A DNA stretch of 64,000 nt from Lama guanicoe (taxonomy: Eukaryota), in NCBI GenBank assembly GCA_013239625.1, contig MU053758.1:1984001-2048000 (forward strand). The letters are read 5' to 3'. Numbering within the stretch: the stretch's first letter is position 1; each line of letters begins with the position of its first letter. Below the pieces are notes generated by a model. The model searched no databases and was not told where the DNA came from. It saw only the letters and a program-made list of their open reading frames with translations. Below are positions 13,527 to 26,445 of this stretch, piece after piece. Position numbers and translations under genes: made by a program.

Positions 13527-16500
13527 CCTACCCTACAATATTTCTAGTCATTACAATTGGCTGGAAACTTTAAGGACACTAGTATGGAGCGAGTAAGTGT
13601 GAAATATTTCTTACCAATGAGAAACCAAAGAAGAAAATCTGAGGTGGCAAACAACATTATTAGATTAACACATTCTCGAATCTTTACAATGCTATTTTGT
13701 TTTCTTTTTAGACTATTATTACTTTTATTATCCTATGGAAAGACAGATTACGTGCTCTACTTGTTAACAGTTCAAAAAGAATTCTTTTTCTTCTTTCATT
13801 AAAAAAAATGTACCTGTAAAAACATGCCATAACATGATAATCCTAAACATTGCAATGGAGCTGCACAGCCACTGAATTTAAAACAGGAAACCTGTAAAGA
13901 GAACAACTATTTATTCCTTCTTTTCAGTGGAACTGTGCAGTGATTTAACATTCAAAGTTAATGGCAACATGCAAGTAGTTTTTTTCAATCTTAACTGAAA
14001 ATAACTAAAACATTAAATAACAGATAAGCATCACGTTATATAGGTGGGGATTATGAAAGAAGTATGAAACAAAGTCTCTGCCTCAGGAGCTCACAATTTA
14101 TTTAGGGCAATAAGATATACACACATGAAATTAATTTGATATTTCAGGTTAGAATATAATGCTAAAATGACCGAATAAACATATCAGACACAATAAAGGC
14201 AGGGAAAAGATAACTTTGGGAATGATTTTAAAAGCTTACGAAGGATGTGAAACAAGCAATGTCTTTAAGTAGGATTCAGAGATAATGAACAGATAGGATT
14301 GGTGAGGCACACAATTAGGGCAAAATTGTATAGAAGTAAGAATTTAAAAGGTCCATTTGGGAAGAAAGATATGAGCAGCTTAATTAGGCTCAAAGCAGTA
14401 GGAAGTAAGGCTGCACTGTCAGGGGGAACCCTAAATACCAGTTATGGACTTCGGGCCTTATCTTGCTGAAATTCAGCAGCCAATGAAATATTTTTAAGCA
14501 AGAAAATTAACTTGATGAAGATAATTCAGTATACCGAATGTCTTGAGGAGTGAAGAATGAATGGCAGAAAGATCATCTGAGAAGCTGCTGCAATAATAGA
14601 GATCTGAACTCAGTGCAAATACTGGCATGAAAAAAAGCCAATGAATCAGAAACAGTTTGCATACTACTGAGTGCAGAACTGAATCAGCAGCATTAGATGT
14701 ATGTTTGGGTTTCTATAGTAAAACTCAATGTCTAACATAGATTATGCCCAAACACACTGATACACACTTCCAAGTCATAAATTATCACAAAAAGTTTGTC
14801 ATTTTATATATTAAAAGTATATACAAACTTTTAAACAGTACAAACTGTTTAATGATACAAACATTTAAACAGTAAGACTTTACCATTTGGAAGTTATTTT
14901 CATTTTAATAAAATATCTAAATCACCACTTTAAAACATCCTTAGGATTCCCATATGAAGTAAAAATACTTTTATAAGGCTGATAAACCTAATAAACTTGA
15001 ATGATGTTATATATAAAAATTATTTTATAATAAGTAAAATACTCCTATACTACATTTGGGTGTTTATAATCTCTGAGTTCTTGGTAAAGTATCAGATGAT
15101 CATCAACCAACTTTTTAGTACTAATTCATGAAATTCCACTTATTAAAGACAGATTTAAAATGAGTATAAGACATCAGTAATAAAATATTTTTACTGGAAA
15201 TCAAGATTGTGAACTAATTTAGAAGTATGATCTTACTTCTGCGAGTGTCTTGTGAATATACTTTAGTCTTTCCTTTGTGGGTAGCAGCAATGTACATCTT
15301 TTAAATAGTAGACCTGAGTAAATAGAGAGAGAGGTGAAAAAAATGACATCAATGAATATTAACTTAAAACTATCTATAACGCAGCATAATGTTTCCTGAA
15401 AGTCAAATATGGTAAATTACAGTGACCATGAGCTGATAGGGTTTTTAAGAGGAAGTTTGGGAGAAAGGGTGCAAAACATTAATAATACACGATACTTACC
15501 AAGTGGCTCTGGTGTCCACCTAAGAGGCAATGGCATAAAATCTTACAAAAAATTGTGAAATTGATACTATAAAATAGATATGTGAAAGTATTTAGATTTA
15601 AAAAGATACAACGATCAGACACAAAATAAAATAGGGAAACTATTTTCTTTATTCCATAGAAAGCATATTCCAGTCTCTCTTAAAATTAGCCCCATGTTCA
15701 CAAAGGAAAATGTTTTAAGAGTTGCTAATGGAAAGAATGAGAAAAGAGAATTTGTTTTCCCTTTTCCAAATACAAAAATTTAACATCCTAAGTACTTAAA
15801 ATTTCAGAGATTGGAAGTCATGGTTTTTTTCTCACAGAAAGTATCCAGCTTGGATGAAATATCTCTCTTCCTTCAAAGATATCCTTTTATGGGGTTTGCA
15901 TGTTAAGAATGTATAGAATTTTGTGTTTAGATATTTTAAAAAGAAGAAAAAAACCCTGTAATTTCCCGTGGCAGGAAGTATATGATTTGCTTCCTCTAGC
16001 TTTAAGCGTTCTGTTTTCCTAAAATGGCAATACACTGTTAACATTCCTATTAGGGCAAATGTCCTCAAACTAAAAATAAGATACATGGTAGGAAAATATA
16101 TACCTGAATATCATAACTTCCCTTAGTTTTCACCTTCTCTGCATTTACTTCTTAACATAATGTAATAACTACTTTATATAATTCTGTAGACTCAATGAGA
16201 ATTGAATTTATTTTTAGAAGTTGCTATGTTTGGGTAACACATGACTAAAATTGCTTTTTAAACAGAAACCGTCCTTATTTTTGAACATAAAAAGACATTT
16301 TCAGTGTTTGGTTTTTAGGCTGAGTTCTTTTCTTTTCATGTTTTGGCATCTAGTCCCAAGGCATATCATAGCTGGGGCATTGTAAGCTATAATTGTATGT
16401 TGGTTGATTTTCTAATGAAAAACTCCAATTTTTTAAAAATTGAAGTTTAGTTAATTTACAATGTTGTTCTCAAGTACAGGAAAAATTTCTATTTTTAACG

Positions 16501-18785
16501 GTTGCAATTTACCATAAAAACCAATACTGGCTGACTTTATTTTTTTAACACAGGTGCTCTCCTATATATCCTTTAGAAACCAACTTCTTTAATTTCTTCC
16601 CACTAAAATAGAGTCAGATGTAATGTTCTTTCCACACTGGCCATCTGCTCTGTTTTGTGTGAAGAAGCAAATTAAAATGTATAATCCTCAGAATGCAAAA
16701 TTCTGAAAATGTTATTTTAATGTCTAAAAACAAGAACAGATCAGACAGGAATGGCAACATGAGAAAATGGTAAGTACATCAAACATTTATCTAAAGAATA
16801 AGTCATAAGCTAGGTGTCTGCACCAAATTTAAATGGAAGGTTGAAATTATTACATGAGTAACACCATTTTTAAAAGCTAGCTTTTAAAATCAGTACATAC
16901 CTGCATTTTTAACTGAATTACCCATATAATTGTCTAAATGCTTTTTTGTTTGTTTATGCAATTGAGCCTGGTCAGGGAGAAAACATTTTTTCAAACTAAA
17001 ACCAAAGAATAAGCTTTTTCCAAATACCACTTCCTCCACAATGGATAATGTTTGAAAAAAGATATTTCCAATGAACAGTAGCAAAAAAATAATCGCTGTG
17101 CTCTGTTACAGGCTTTACTAAGCCTAATCATAAAAACTGAAATCAGCAACACTGTAACCAGTTACATACCTTCCATTTAGTCTTATTAAGCATACTTGTC
17201 AAATATACTTTGATATATTTACACATCTATATAGTCTTATTTTACTATCTTAAAGCTAGGCATCCTTGAGCTACTAAAAGGTAATATTCACTTACTCTGA
17301 CGCTTTTATTTACATCTTACCATCACTCTGACATTTAGTTCTACTGCCATGTTTTGGTTAATTATAAGGTAGCTTCATAATTAAATTGATGTCATTAGTC
17401 AAGTAAAAATGAGAATTTATTTCAGCACTCTTAGGGAGAATGAAATCAACGAATGGGGTGAAAGGCATAAAAGATTACAAATCAAGGGAAGAACTTGTAC
17501 AGAATTTCTTTTGATAAGATTAATTTAATGACAGTATAATGGTTTATTAGAAAATGTGTAGCATGCTTTAAAAAAAGTTGTTTCTGATAAGAGAATAAGT
17601 GATTTTCCACAATAATATGTTTACATTTTTTTTTCTATTTTAAGAACTAGATTACGGTTGAAAGGGAAAAGAAGTATAAAGATAAAACACATTAGATCCA
17701 CAGGAAGTAAAGCATATAAAATACATCAATTTCTTAAACTGGTAAGCCACCTAAACAGTAAGCATAGGTGACACTGCAGCTACATGAAATCACAAGGACT
17801 GACACATTACATTAAAGTGTATCCTCTGATCTTTAAAGGTAAGTGTAAGGGACTGTTGTTTAGGGAAAGTCCTCACATTGAAGCGTAAAAGCATCATAGA
17901 AATAGGAAATATTTCACTTCCCAAGGGCCTTACAGAATTGTATAATAAAATCCCTCTAATTAAGCATAGTTCTTTACGTGTTAACAATTCTCATTACATT
18001 ACATAAATTACCTAGAGACCTGTAGTGTTCCAATATAGTGGAGTCTTGTCTTCCGTCAGGCAGCTCAAGGTTATGAAAGTCCTGTAGTAAAAGTCTTTTG
18101 CTTCCTGATGAGGTTGAGATATAATCAATAATGTGCTGGCTGACTGTTTTGGACACCATGCTTAACATGCTGACATCCTTCACTAGCAAAAGAAATACAT
18201 ATACACACATATATATAAACAGTTTAAATACAAGAACATTACTATTACCAAAATCTATTAACTTATAAGTTAGCTCATTACTAATAACACTTAAGAATAC
18301 TAAAAATAAATAATAATATTGGGGAAAAAAGAGGAAAATCTTAAAATTATTTTAAATCCAGTTCTCAGTGAATTAGAAATATTTGGGGATGTATCATGTC
18401 ATTAAAATCAGAAGCATGTTTTAAAGAGTTTGAGTATCATATTTTCTCTTCATATCCCTTACCTAACAATGATGAAACTTTAGAAAATAAACTTAATGTG
18501 AACACAATTAACATTCTAGCAGGGCCTAAGATGACAAGCTACATCTTGAAGAAAATAAAATATTCGAGTGTCCATGTCGCCTACTCATAGTCTCCAAATC
18601 TCACCTGACAAATATCTTAAGATCATATGGAATATTTCCAATGGCAAGGCTTTAAAATTTCCAAGCGTTGATAAGAGTTGAGAATCTGTGATAACAGTGT
18701 TGGAAAAATAGCTGGATCGACGATTACTACGTCGATGTTTCTGGTTGGGAATCAAAGTGAAACTGGAATTTACTCTGGATGCCAT
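2639..18785 (-). CDS. FBXO47: F-box only protein 47 (meiotic F-box protein); 10 coding exons, 1356 nt, 451 aa
   Basis: Exons 18785-18605, 18182-18012, 15313-15237, 13891-13814, 12171-12063, 8503-8327, 6814-6668, 6002-5860, 3580-3421 and 2751-2639 join in frame with GT-AG sites. Protein runs MASRVNSSF...LGNFKALPLEIFHMILRYLSVKDVSMLSMVSK (F-box)...QANFHKEVLYLTMNTVST*. Neighbouring PLXDC1 matches known synteny. Confidence 0.96.
3421..3580 (-). CDS. FBXO47: FBXO47 coding exon 9
   Basis: 160 nt, VCEKELYCMDWAVKMMQKVC...MMQLIMS; aaatcag| and |gtgagt. Confidence 0.95.
5860..6002 (-). CDS. FBXO47: FBXO47 coding exon 8
   Basis: 143 nt, VVPREWLLENNARLLILSG...LIVFLAL; ataaaag| and |gtaagt. Confidence 0.95.
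6668..6814 (-). CDS. FBXO47: FBXO47 coding exon 7
   Basis: 147 nt, GQVVWQKMIEGP...DVISLVDELS; cattcag| and |gtaaaa. Confidence 0.95.
7388..7490 (+). pseudogene. RNU6: Full-length U6 snRNA retrocopy (5' part of a U6/L1 chimera)
   Basis: cttcagcagcacatatactaaaattggaac...gaagattagcatggcccctg...aaattcgtgaagcgttccatattttt. Shows CpG decay, a 4-nt deletion and ACAGAGA box changed to ACAAAGA. Confidence 0.95.
7491..7760 (+). mobile_element. L1 3' end fused to U6, with A-rich tail
   Basis: Roughly 93% identical by eye to the L1 3' UTR at 61737-61960. Confidence 0.92.
7773..7890 (+). mobile_element. tRNA-derived SINE (vic-1-like)
   Basis: ggggagggtatagctcagtggtagagc (A box)...gggttcaagcc (B box)...aataaatacctaattacccccc, then A tail. 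Confidence 0.9.
8327..8503 (-). CDS. FBXO47: FBXO47 coding exon 6
   Basis: 177 nt, GSARKLELRIRLFCRN...IIFGPISPQD; ttcatag| and |gtgagc. Confidence 0.95.
8650..10090 (-). mobile_element. Old L1 3' fragments (nested)
   Basis: Typical antisense L1 motifs: ttccaaagtggctgcaccattttacattc, ggagtggaattgctaggtcat. Confidence 0.85.
10836..11216. mobile_element. ERVL (MLT2-like) solo LTR
   Basis: gctcatgtgattgtgg...gattagatgaggcccacccacattatgg...ttaacacacaaaattaactatc. Confidence 0.7.
11310..11433 (-). mobile_element. tRNA-derived SINE
   Basis: Reverse complement of the 7773 element, ending gagctataccctcccc. Confidence 0.9.
12063..12171 (-). CDS. FBXO47: FBXO47 coding exon 5
   Basis: 109 nt, TLTAGWDELECHRVYNFLCELTNLPRKMQAVVCSKP; catcctcag| and |gtaaag. 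Confidence 0.95.
13281..13434 (-). mobile_element. Short L1 3' end with perfect 15-bp TSD
   Basis: ATACAGTTGATTTCT at 13266-13280 and 13435-13449. Confidence 0.75.
13493..13525. repeat. (AC)16 microsatellite
   Basis: Read directly from the sequence. Confidence 0.97.
13814..13891 (-). CDS. FBXO47: FBXO47 coding exon 4
   Basis: 78 nt, VSCFKFSGCAAPLQCLGLSCYGMFLQ; ctctttacag| and |gtacat. Confidence 0.93.
15237..15313 (-). CDS. FBXO47: FBXO47 coding exon 3
   Basis: 77 nt, GLLFKRCTLLLPTKERLKYIHKTLAE; tttactcag| and |gtaaga; too short for the ORF track. Confidence 0.93.
18012..18182 (-). CDS. FBXO47: FBXO47 coding exon 2
   Basis: 171 nt, VKDVSMLSMVSK...LEHYRSL; ttttgctag| and |gtaatt. Confidence 0.95.
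18605..18785 (-). CDS. FBXO47: FBXO47 coding exon 1 (ATG at 18785; exon acceptor at 18811)
   Basis: MASRVNSSFTLIPNQK...LPLEIFHMILRYLS; donor TCAG|GTGAGA; acceptor ttctaaccag|GAC. Confidence 0.95.
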
Positions 18786-21199
18786 TCTTTTTCTTATCTC
18801 ATGAATTTGTCCTGGTTAGAAAACAAGAGACAAAGTACAAGAGACAAAGGAGAAAGAAAATTATATTGATAAAGAGCTGTTGTATTTTTAAATGGAGATG
18901 TTCATACTTTGATGGACAACAGCTGTCTCTCTATACTTACGAAACTTTTAATATGCTGTCCAACTTATGTAATTTCCACCTGTAGAGACTACTCATCTCA
19001 GTGTGATATGAAATACTTAAAAATATTTTCCCTTTTAGCCAAATATTCTAGATGGAGTTTTAGTAGAAAATGAGATGTATTTGGATGAGATATATTCTAA
19101 GAAAAGAAGTATGTGACCTTTTTAAAAAGTAAAAGATTCAACCCAAAAAAGTAACAAATACAATACATTCAATATTTGTCAATTAGTACATTGCTTTTAC
19201 AATCTTTATATTATTTTAAAAAATCACAGTATTAATGTAGAATTAAAAATTTGTAGTAATGTTTTTCTGTTTCTTTAAAACTGAGTACTGACATGTTCTT
19301 TGGTTAGAGAGATTAAAGAATAAAGATTTTAGTTTACAGCTTTTAAAATTTTACTATCTCTAACAGATTAAGATGGTTTCATTACAATTACCAATTATGT
19401 GAAATCAAAGTTTTGTAAAATTAATAAGACTAAAATAAATAAATAATAACTTTCCCCCTCAATTCCACTTTTGGTTAATAATAGTTACTGATAAGTCACA
19501 GGAAGGGCCTACACAACTTATTTTAAAATGAACATTTCCTAGAAGGAACTTTATTAAAATCACTGATAATCTACTTACACTGAACAATAATTCTTTAAAA
19601 AAAATTATTCATCACACACACTGACTTTGTGTCAATCCTCTTCCAACTCAGAAAACATTGTCTTTTGTATATATAAATGTATATGTACATATGCATAACT
19701 ATAACTCCAATCCAAGCCTCCTTGTTTCTAAAGTAACAACTAAGATGTTTCATCTGAGTTACAAATACATCCGACCAAAATGCATTTTCTCATTTTGTAG
19801 CAAAATTGCTAAAAATCATATTGTTACTTATTCATCTAAAAGGTTACAAATCAACTTATATTAACTTAAAATCAGTTATATATTTGAAAATGTGGCCAAG
19901 AAATTTAGTGCTTAGTGGAAAGCATACTATGAATCTCCTTTATAGCCATACCATACATAGCACTTTGCTTCAGCATTCAATGAGCATTTAAATTAGTGTA
20001 TCTTTTTAAATAATCATTAAAATTATACAAGTAACCTACGTGCATTGTCAAAAAGTTTACAAAATACAGCAAAATAAAAAGAGGAAAATTAAATTCATTT
20101 GGTTTTTAACATTTAAAATTAAGCAGTGTGGTTTATATCACTCCAGAATTTTACATCTATATTCCTTTTTACAGAAAAGGGAATCGCTGTTAGTATTATT
20201 TTGTAATCCACTTTTTCAATTGTAATTAAAATTGTAATTTCTTTCCATGCCAATAGACAAACTTCTCCAAGTATATATAAAGACTTCATGTGATTCCACC
20301 AAATGGAAGAATCTTGATTTATTTAATCCATAAGATTTTTTTTTAACTTTTTACAGTAGGCATGTTAAAGAATTTTCATTGTAGTAAAATCTGGCCTAGG
20401 ACTTGTTCTGTTTCTCTGAGGAATGTGTAATCTGGGACTTGGGTGGGGTCTGTGGGCTCTTCAGAGACTCACTGACATCTAATACCCAGGAGACTTTAGT
20501 GTGTCAACCACACACTACATATATTTTTAAACCTCTGAGAGGATTAAAACACAATGACCCAAATTCTTTTGAAACTGGTCTCTTAACAATTCCTTATTTT
20601 CCTCACTCTGACCTGAACGTTTTGGGGGAGATAGCAAGTTTTTCTGAAAATCCTAAAAGCATAATCCCAAATTATTTCTAGTTTCCTCTCAGCCCTCTGG
20701 AGAATAAGAATCACAAACCAGAACAATTCTAATAAAATGATGTTTCAATTCCCTGTTCCATCCCATTCATTTCTGCCCATGTGTAAAAGGCTTTGTGGGC
20801 CCTCTTAGATAAACTTTTCCCCCCCTGTTCAGAGAAAACCGTCAATAGCTACTCACTAGGATTTCTATTTTGTTTTAAACTAAGAAAATCTTTTGAAGAG
20901 ACCCACCCCCATCTACTCGAGAATTAGCCCAGAACATCTCCAAAGAGGTAAACTGGCGAGGCCGTGAAAGATAAACTGACTAATATAAGACTCAAACCAC
21001 ATTGTGATGAATTTTTGACCCCTTTCAGTCCCTGAAAAAATGAAATTATCTCAAGAAAGTATTGGGGGAAAAAAACTCTTTTTACCACAGATTTTGACAG
21101 TTTCCTGACTAAAAGATCACAGGAAAATGGGATTTAGTCGTTGTGCCCCACCATCCTCAAATTTCTTCAAGTTTTAAAAAGAAAATATTTCCTCAAGGT

Positions 21200-21700
21200 T
21201 TTGACGCCGGGAAGAGGGAGGGCCCGGCTACAGTCGACTCCGGAGCTGCGTTCCCGCCTCCCAGGCGCCCCCTTGGCCTCGAGAGTATTTCAGAATCCTC
21301 CCAGGAGCCCCAGCGGGAGGGAGACCCCGCCTCCTCATGAATACCAAGAACCTCCGCTCCCATAGTGCCATCCTCCCTCATGAATATTTTAGAACCTCCC
21401 TGAGCTCCCTCAGGAAGGAGACTCCGCCCCCTCATAAATAGTAAAAGTCCCGGCACCCACAGTGCCCTCTCACGTCATGAATAATTAACGAGGGCGAGGT
21501 CTCCGGAGCCCGAACCTAGGCCAAAGCCACGCTTTACTTCCAGCTGGTTACAGGAAGGGGTGGAGCCGTTGCAGTCGGGGAGGGGAGGGTGTAAAACGAA
21601 GAGCCCCAAGTTGGCGCGCCACACATCAGCTCCAAACCACTTCCTTTCCTTTTAACCTAGTGTTAAGCCGATTTTTTATTCCTCCTACGCCTACCCCAAG
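21200..21700 (-). promoter_or_regulatory. FBXO47: CpG-rich promoter and probable non-coding first exon of FBXO47
   Basis: Local CpG/GC enrichment in an AT-rich background. Contains TTGGCGCG (E2F-like, ~21611), CAACGG (MYB-like, minus, ~21566) and a candidate donor GAA|GTAAAG at 21538/21537. Confidence 0.7.
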
Positions 21701-21879
21701 AGGGTAAGTTACAAGAGCTTTCATCAAAACTTCTGTTGGGAAAATCCTCCAGACATTCTTTTTTAAACTTATCTGGGTGCCTAGAATCGAAGGAAGATAA
21801 ATGCCTCCATTGTCTCAAGATGGAGTCCAGGACAAATCTTACTAGGTTGGCCCTCCTCCCTTGAAGATTAAGTTCTCAT

Positions 21880-23430
21880 TCGTTCATTCATTTATTCCAT
21901 AGCTATTTATTGAAACCTGCTCTGGACCAGTCTCTGGAGTAGGCCCTAAAGATACAACAGAGAACAATATATATACAAGTTTCCCGCCTTAATGGAGCTT
22001 ATTAGTCTAATGGGAAAGGTAGAATAAACAAAGTAAACTACAGACGGAAAGGAGTGGTATGGAGGAAATAAGGCAACAGAAAATAAGAAGGTTGGGAGTG
22101 GAAAGCCGGTCACTATTTTAGGTGGACTGGTCAGGACGTTGCCTTTGAAGATGTTAACGTTTTATTTGAGAACTAATGGAGGAGACAGAGCCAGTCAGGA
22201 GAAGGGCCAGGAGAAAAGGGAACAGAGAGAAAGAGTTTGGTGTGTTCTAAGCATTTGCAAGGCTGCCTGGCTGAGTTTAGTGAGCAAGCAGGAGTGAGCA
22301 GGCATCAGAGAGACCATGGAGAGGTTGCACAGGTGGGGATGTGCAGGACTTTATATTAAGGCCCTAAAAGAGGGTCATTTTAGAACAGCTGTAGGCCCCC
22401 TATACCCTTGCTTTCGGGGACCCTCTCCACATTACATCCAAGAAATGAATATGTACCCACATCCCTCATTAAAATGAAATATATAAATAACTTCATAAAG
22501 TTTGAGATGAAATTTAGGATTAGTTGATATATTGTTATATTATGCCATCACAAACATTCAATAATTTTGATTTACAGAGGTTTTTGGAGCCAGTCCTTTT
22601 TTCCCCCTGCTGTGTCAAACATTTGTTATTTGGTCCATGACAAGGTCTCAGCCCCTAGGCTGTGGGCCCAGAGTGTCTAATGGATAAAAAGATACAGAAT
22701 GATGAGAAGTTTAGATTTAATTCAAAGTGTCCTGGAAAGTTGTGGAGGAGTTTTAAACAGAGAGTGATATAATCTGATTTACATCACTTAAAGATTGCTC
22801 TGGCTTTTGTACGGGGAGAGAATGAGGCAAGTAGGGGTCGAAGAGAGAAGATCTGTTAGGAGGTTGTGCAGGACTGGAATGATGGCCTTGGAGAGACAGG
22901 TTTGAGATATATTTGGGGGATAAAAGTAACTGAATTTGCTGATGGACTGGATATGGGAGGGAGGGAAAGGAAGGAGATAGATAAGGATGATTCCCAGACT
23001 TCTGACTTTATAGTGGGTGGATGTTAATCCCATTTACTGAGATATGCAAGTGGGGAGGAATTTTCCTAGCAGAAAATTAAGAGTTTAATTTTGCAAATGG
23101 TAAGTCTGATATGTCTATGAGACATCCAAGGGGAGATAGTTGTCAAGGAGGCAGCTGAATTACGTCTGGAGATTGGAGGAAAAACTCTGGGCTAGTTAAA
23201 TAAATGTAAAAGTTTTCTGCATTAGAAGAATAGCGACCTTCAGAGAGTGAGAAGAGGAAGAGACGTTCTCCAAGGAGATGGAAAAGGAGTGAAGTAAACT
23301 GGAGAAAACCAGGGGAGAATGGAGTTGCTGAAGACCGAAAGGGAGTGCTTCAAGAATGAGAGTGGCTCGCTGTGCCCAGTGCTGCTGAGTTCAGCCACGT
23401 GCCCATTAGATGCGCACTGCAGGTGTCTGT
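21880..23430. mobile_element. L2 remnant with internal interruption
   Basis: ttcattcatttattc...tatttattga terminus and the purine-rich body typical of L2. Confidence 0.7.
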
Positions 23431-24469
23431 TAGATTGACAGTCCCAGTTTAGGCAGAAGTACTGTGTGTCCACCTTGTCGTTCCCCATCTCAGGAACCTA
23501 TGGCGACTTTGCCTTGCCAGCCACATCAAACTCAAATCCCTCTGCCATTCCTTCAATGTCCTCTGTATACTCTGTTCTTCCCCTGCTTGTTTGTTCATTT
23601 GTTACATTTGACTCATGCCCATTTTCTGCCAAGCCTAGTGTTAATTGCACGGTAAATACAAATTCTGTTTCTAGTGGTTCATGGTCTCAAGCACTGGACT
23701 ATGTACAGGTAGCAGGAAACAAACCTGCTACTCTAATCAGGATGAGAGGAGAGATAGAGAAGGGGTGGGAGAAGGTATCTCCTCTTTAGCAGATTCACCC
23801 CCATCTCTTAGTGCAGAACCTTCCATCAAAAATGACTTACTTCCTTTCTCAATCTTCTTCCAGGACACACTTTGAGAGTCACACCCTGTGTAAAGCTTGT
23901 TTCTTCCATAAGTATGCTTTTTCTTCTAAACCACACTGTAAACTTGAGATGCCTTACAGCTCTTTTGTACCCTTCACAGAGGGAAGGACAACAGATACAG
24001 AGAAGGATCTTTCTTGAGGCTACCAAGACTTCAGCTTCAGAGCCTCCTGTTTGCATAGGCCCCTTCCAAGGCCCTGTACTTAATTTTGTCTTCATAAACA
24101 GCAGGTAAAAATTGAATACACAAATGAATTTACTAACTCCAAATATTTGTTGATTTATTAAGCTTGTTTTATTTTTAGAGATCTGTATGCGAATTTTACT
24201 GTTTATATTATTCCCTTGCCCAGAAGCTTTCAATGGCTCCTTATTGCCTCTAATTAAATAAAAGCTTCCCCACATGGCCTCCAAGGACTGCTTCAGTGTG
24301 GCCAAATTCTATTCTCCAGTGTTATTTCCCCAACGTTCTACCCCTCGCTGTCACCCTGGTATTGTTCACACTGATTTCTCTGCTCAGAAAGCTCTCTTCC
24401 AAGTCCACCTTTTTGACATCCTAAGATAGCTTTTAGGCCCTCGCTTCTGGAAGGGACATCCCTGGACGA

Positions 24470-24600
24470 ACAACGTGACCCATGAGACTGTTAGAAATGC
24501 AGAAACTCACACGGCTGCCCCAGACCTACTGAATGAGAATCTGCATTTTAACAAAATCCGGAGTCAAGTTTGAGACATACCAGCTTAGGCCATTTGACTG
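24470..24600. mobile_element. MER5-like hAT DNA transposon remnant
   Basis: ttagaaatgcaga...ccccagacctactgaatgagaatctgcattttaacaa. Confidence 0.7.
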
Positions 24601-25472
24601 GTCACCTCCTCTAAGAATCTTCAACCCTTTAAAATCACTGTAATGAGAAATATTTTTCCTCTTCTGAACCTTCTTCATTCTTTGCTGGTACTTCTCTATG
24701 GTTACTTTGCTGGGCCTTGAATCATGGTTAGTTATGTACAAGTATTAGTTATTCTGTTAGATTGTGAGCTCTTTGAAGGCAGTAACAGTGCCTCTCAACT
24801 TAGAGAGGAGTTAGTCGACTTTGTATTTCTCCCAGTGCCCCTGCTGAATCCCTATATACACATGTAAACCAACCCTGACCTAGGTGATACTCAGAACTTT
24901 GCCAGGATCCATATGTAAATTGACTCTCAGATGTGCCACCTGTGGGAGGGAAAATCTGTTGCAATTATTTTACTTAATAAAATAAGCATCCAACTATTAT
25001 TTTATGTCATGAAAGTCTAGACTATCATTCCCTTTGCCTTTGATTGCTGCTGAGTGATCAAATTATATTTTCATCCCTGAATTCCTGCGTAGGAGGAGAG
25101 CTGGCCTAAATTATTCAAAAATAGCTGGTAACATTACACAAAAATTTTAGGTAAGAAAATACCACAAATTTCTTTGGTTAAAGCAGAAATCAGTTTTTTT
25201 CTTTAAAAGATTAATTCAAAATTCCTACAAGAAATCAATGTTTACTGCAGAAAAATGTAAAAATATACATATGTCCCCTTCCATCCACCCCCCCCCGATC
25301 AACCTAATTTTCCATCTGGAGGTAACCACTGATAACACTTAGGTACATTTCCTTCTTGATGGAATCCTTCCTGGCCAATAAATATAGATCTATATCATCC
25401 TTTTTACTAGTTACATAGTATTTCACTCTAAAGATATATCACACATTTGTTTAATTGGTCCTGCATCACTAG

Positions 25473-25888
25473 TGTGAAATAAAATTCATATTTTATGGCA
25501 AGACAAGAAAAACTTAAACATACAAATTTTCTCTGCCCTTTGGCCTCCTCTCTCCTTTCTGCTGAGCATTGTGTGTCTGTAATATGCATCGACCACACCG
25601 CCCTCATTGGCGGAAATACCTGCTCTGCTGTAAAGAGCAATATTCTCTAGTGTTAATAAAACAAAACCCTGAAAGATGACATTCTGTCTTGATCTTGTAA
25701 GAGGCCATTATGATGCTTAGATCTGGATTGCATAAACTATCAATAATATGTCATTTAATGTACAGTTCTCTGTCTCAAAAAAATGTTTATAACTGTGCTT
25801 GGACTTCTAATGGGCAGAACAGCTATAATCCTCAATTTGGCTCGAAAAAAATTTTCCATTTCTTTGTTAGATCAACTGATTGTTGACA
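25473..25888 (+). mobile_element. ERV solo LTR (family A, copy 1)
   Basis: TG...CA termini; strong similarity to 29166-29772. Confidence 0.8.
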
Positions 25889-25999
25889 TGCATTGTTTCC
25901 AATTTTTTGCTACTTAGTGCTGCAAGGAGCACTTTGTATGTTTATCTTAGGATAAACTTTTTAAAATTCTCGTTTTAAGAGTATATCACTTAAATTAAG

Positions 26000-26445
26000 A
26001 TAGGCTTCAAGTGATAGAAATCTTCAAACTACAGTAGCTTAAACAAGATGAAGTTTACTTTTTTCATATAAACGAAGTCCAGAGATCAGCAATCAGGACT
26101 GGTGTGACAGCTCCAAAACCATCTGGAACCCAGGCTCCTTCTATCTTGTTGATCTGTATCCTCAACTGTGGCTTCCTCCTCATGGCCCAAGTTGGCTGCT
26201 TGAGCTCAAGCTATCATATTCATATTCCAGCCAACAGGAAGGAGGAAAGGGGGAAGAAGGGATTTTTCCTTGACACTTCAAAGAGTCTTCCCTTTGACAT
26301 GGATTTGGCCAGAATTTAGTAACATGGTCAGTCCTAACTGGGAAATATATAGGAGGTCTTTGGGCCCAGCTTAAAAATAGGTGATTCTATTACTATATAA
26401 GAAGGTAAGAGCAGATATCAGGATACAACAGCAGTCCCCTGCACA
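26000..26445. mobile_element. MaLR (MLT1-like) LTR remnant
   Basis: cagtagcttaaacaagat...gaagtccagag...ctcctcatggcccaagttggctgct. Confidence 0.6.
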
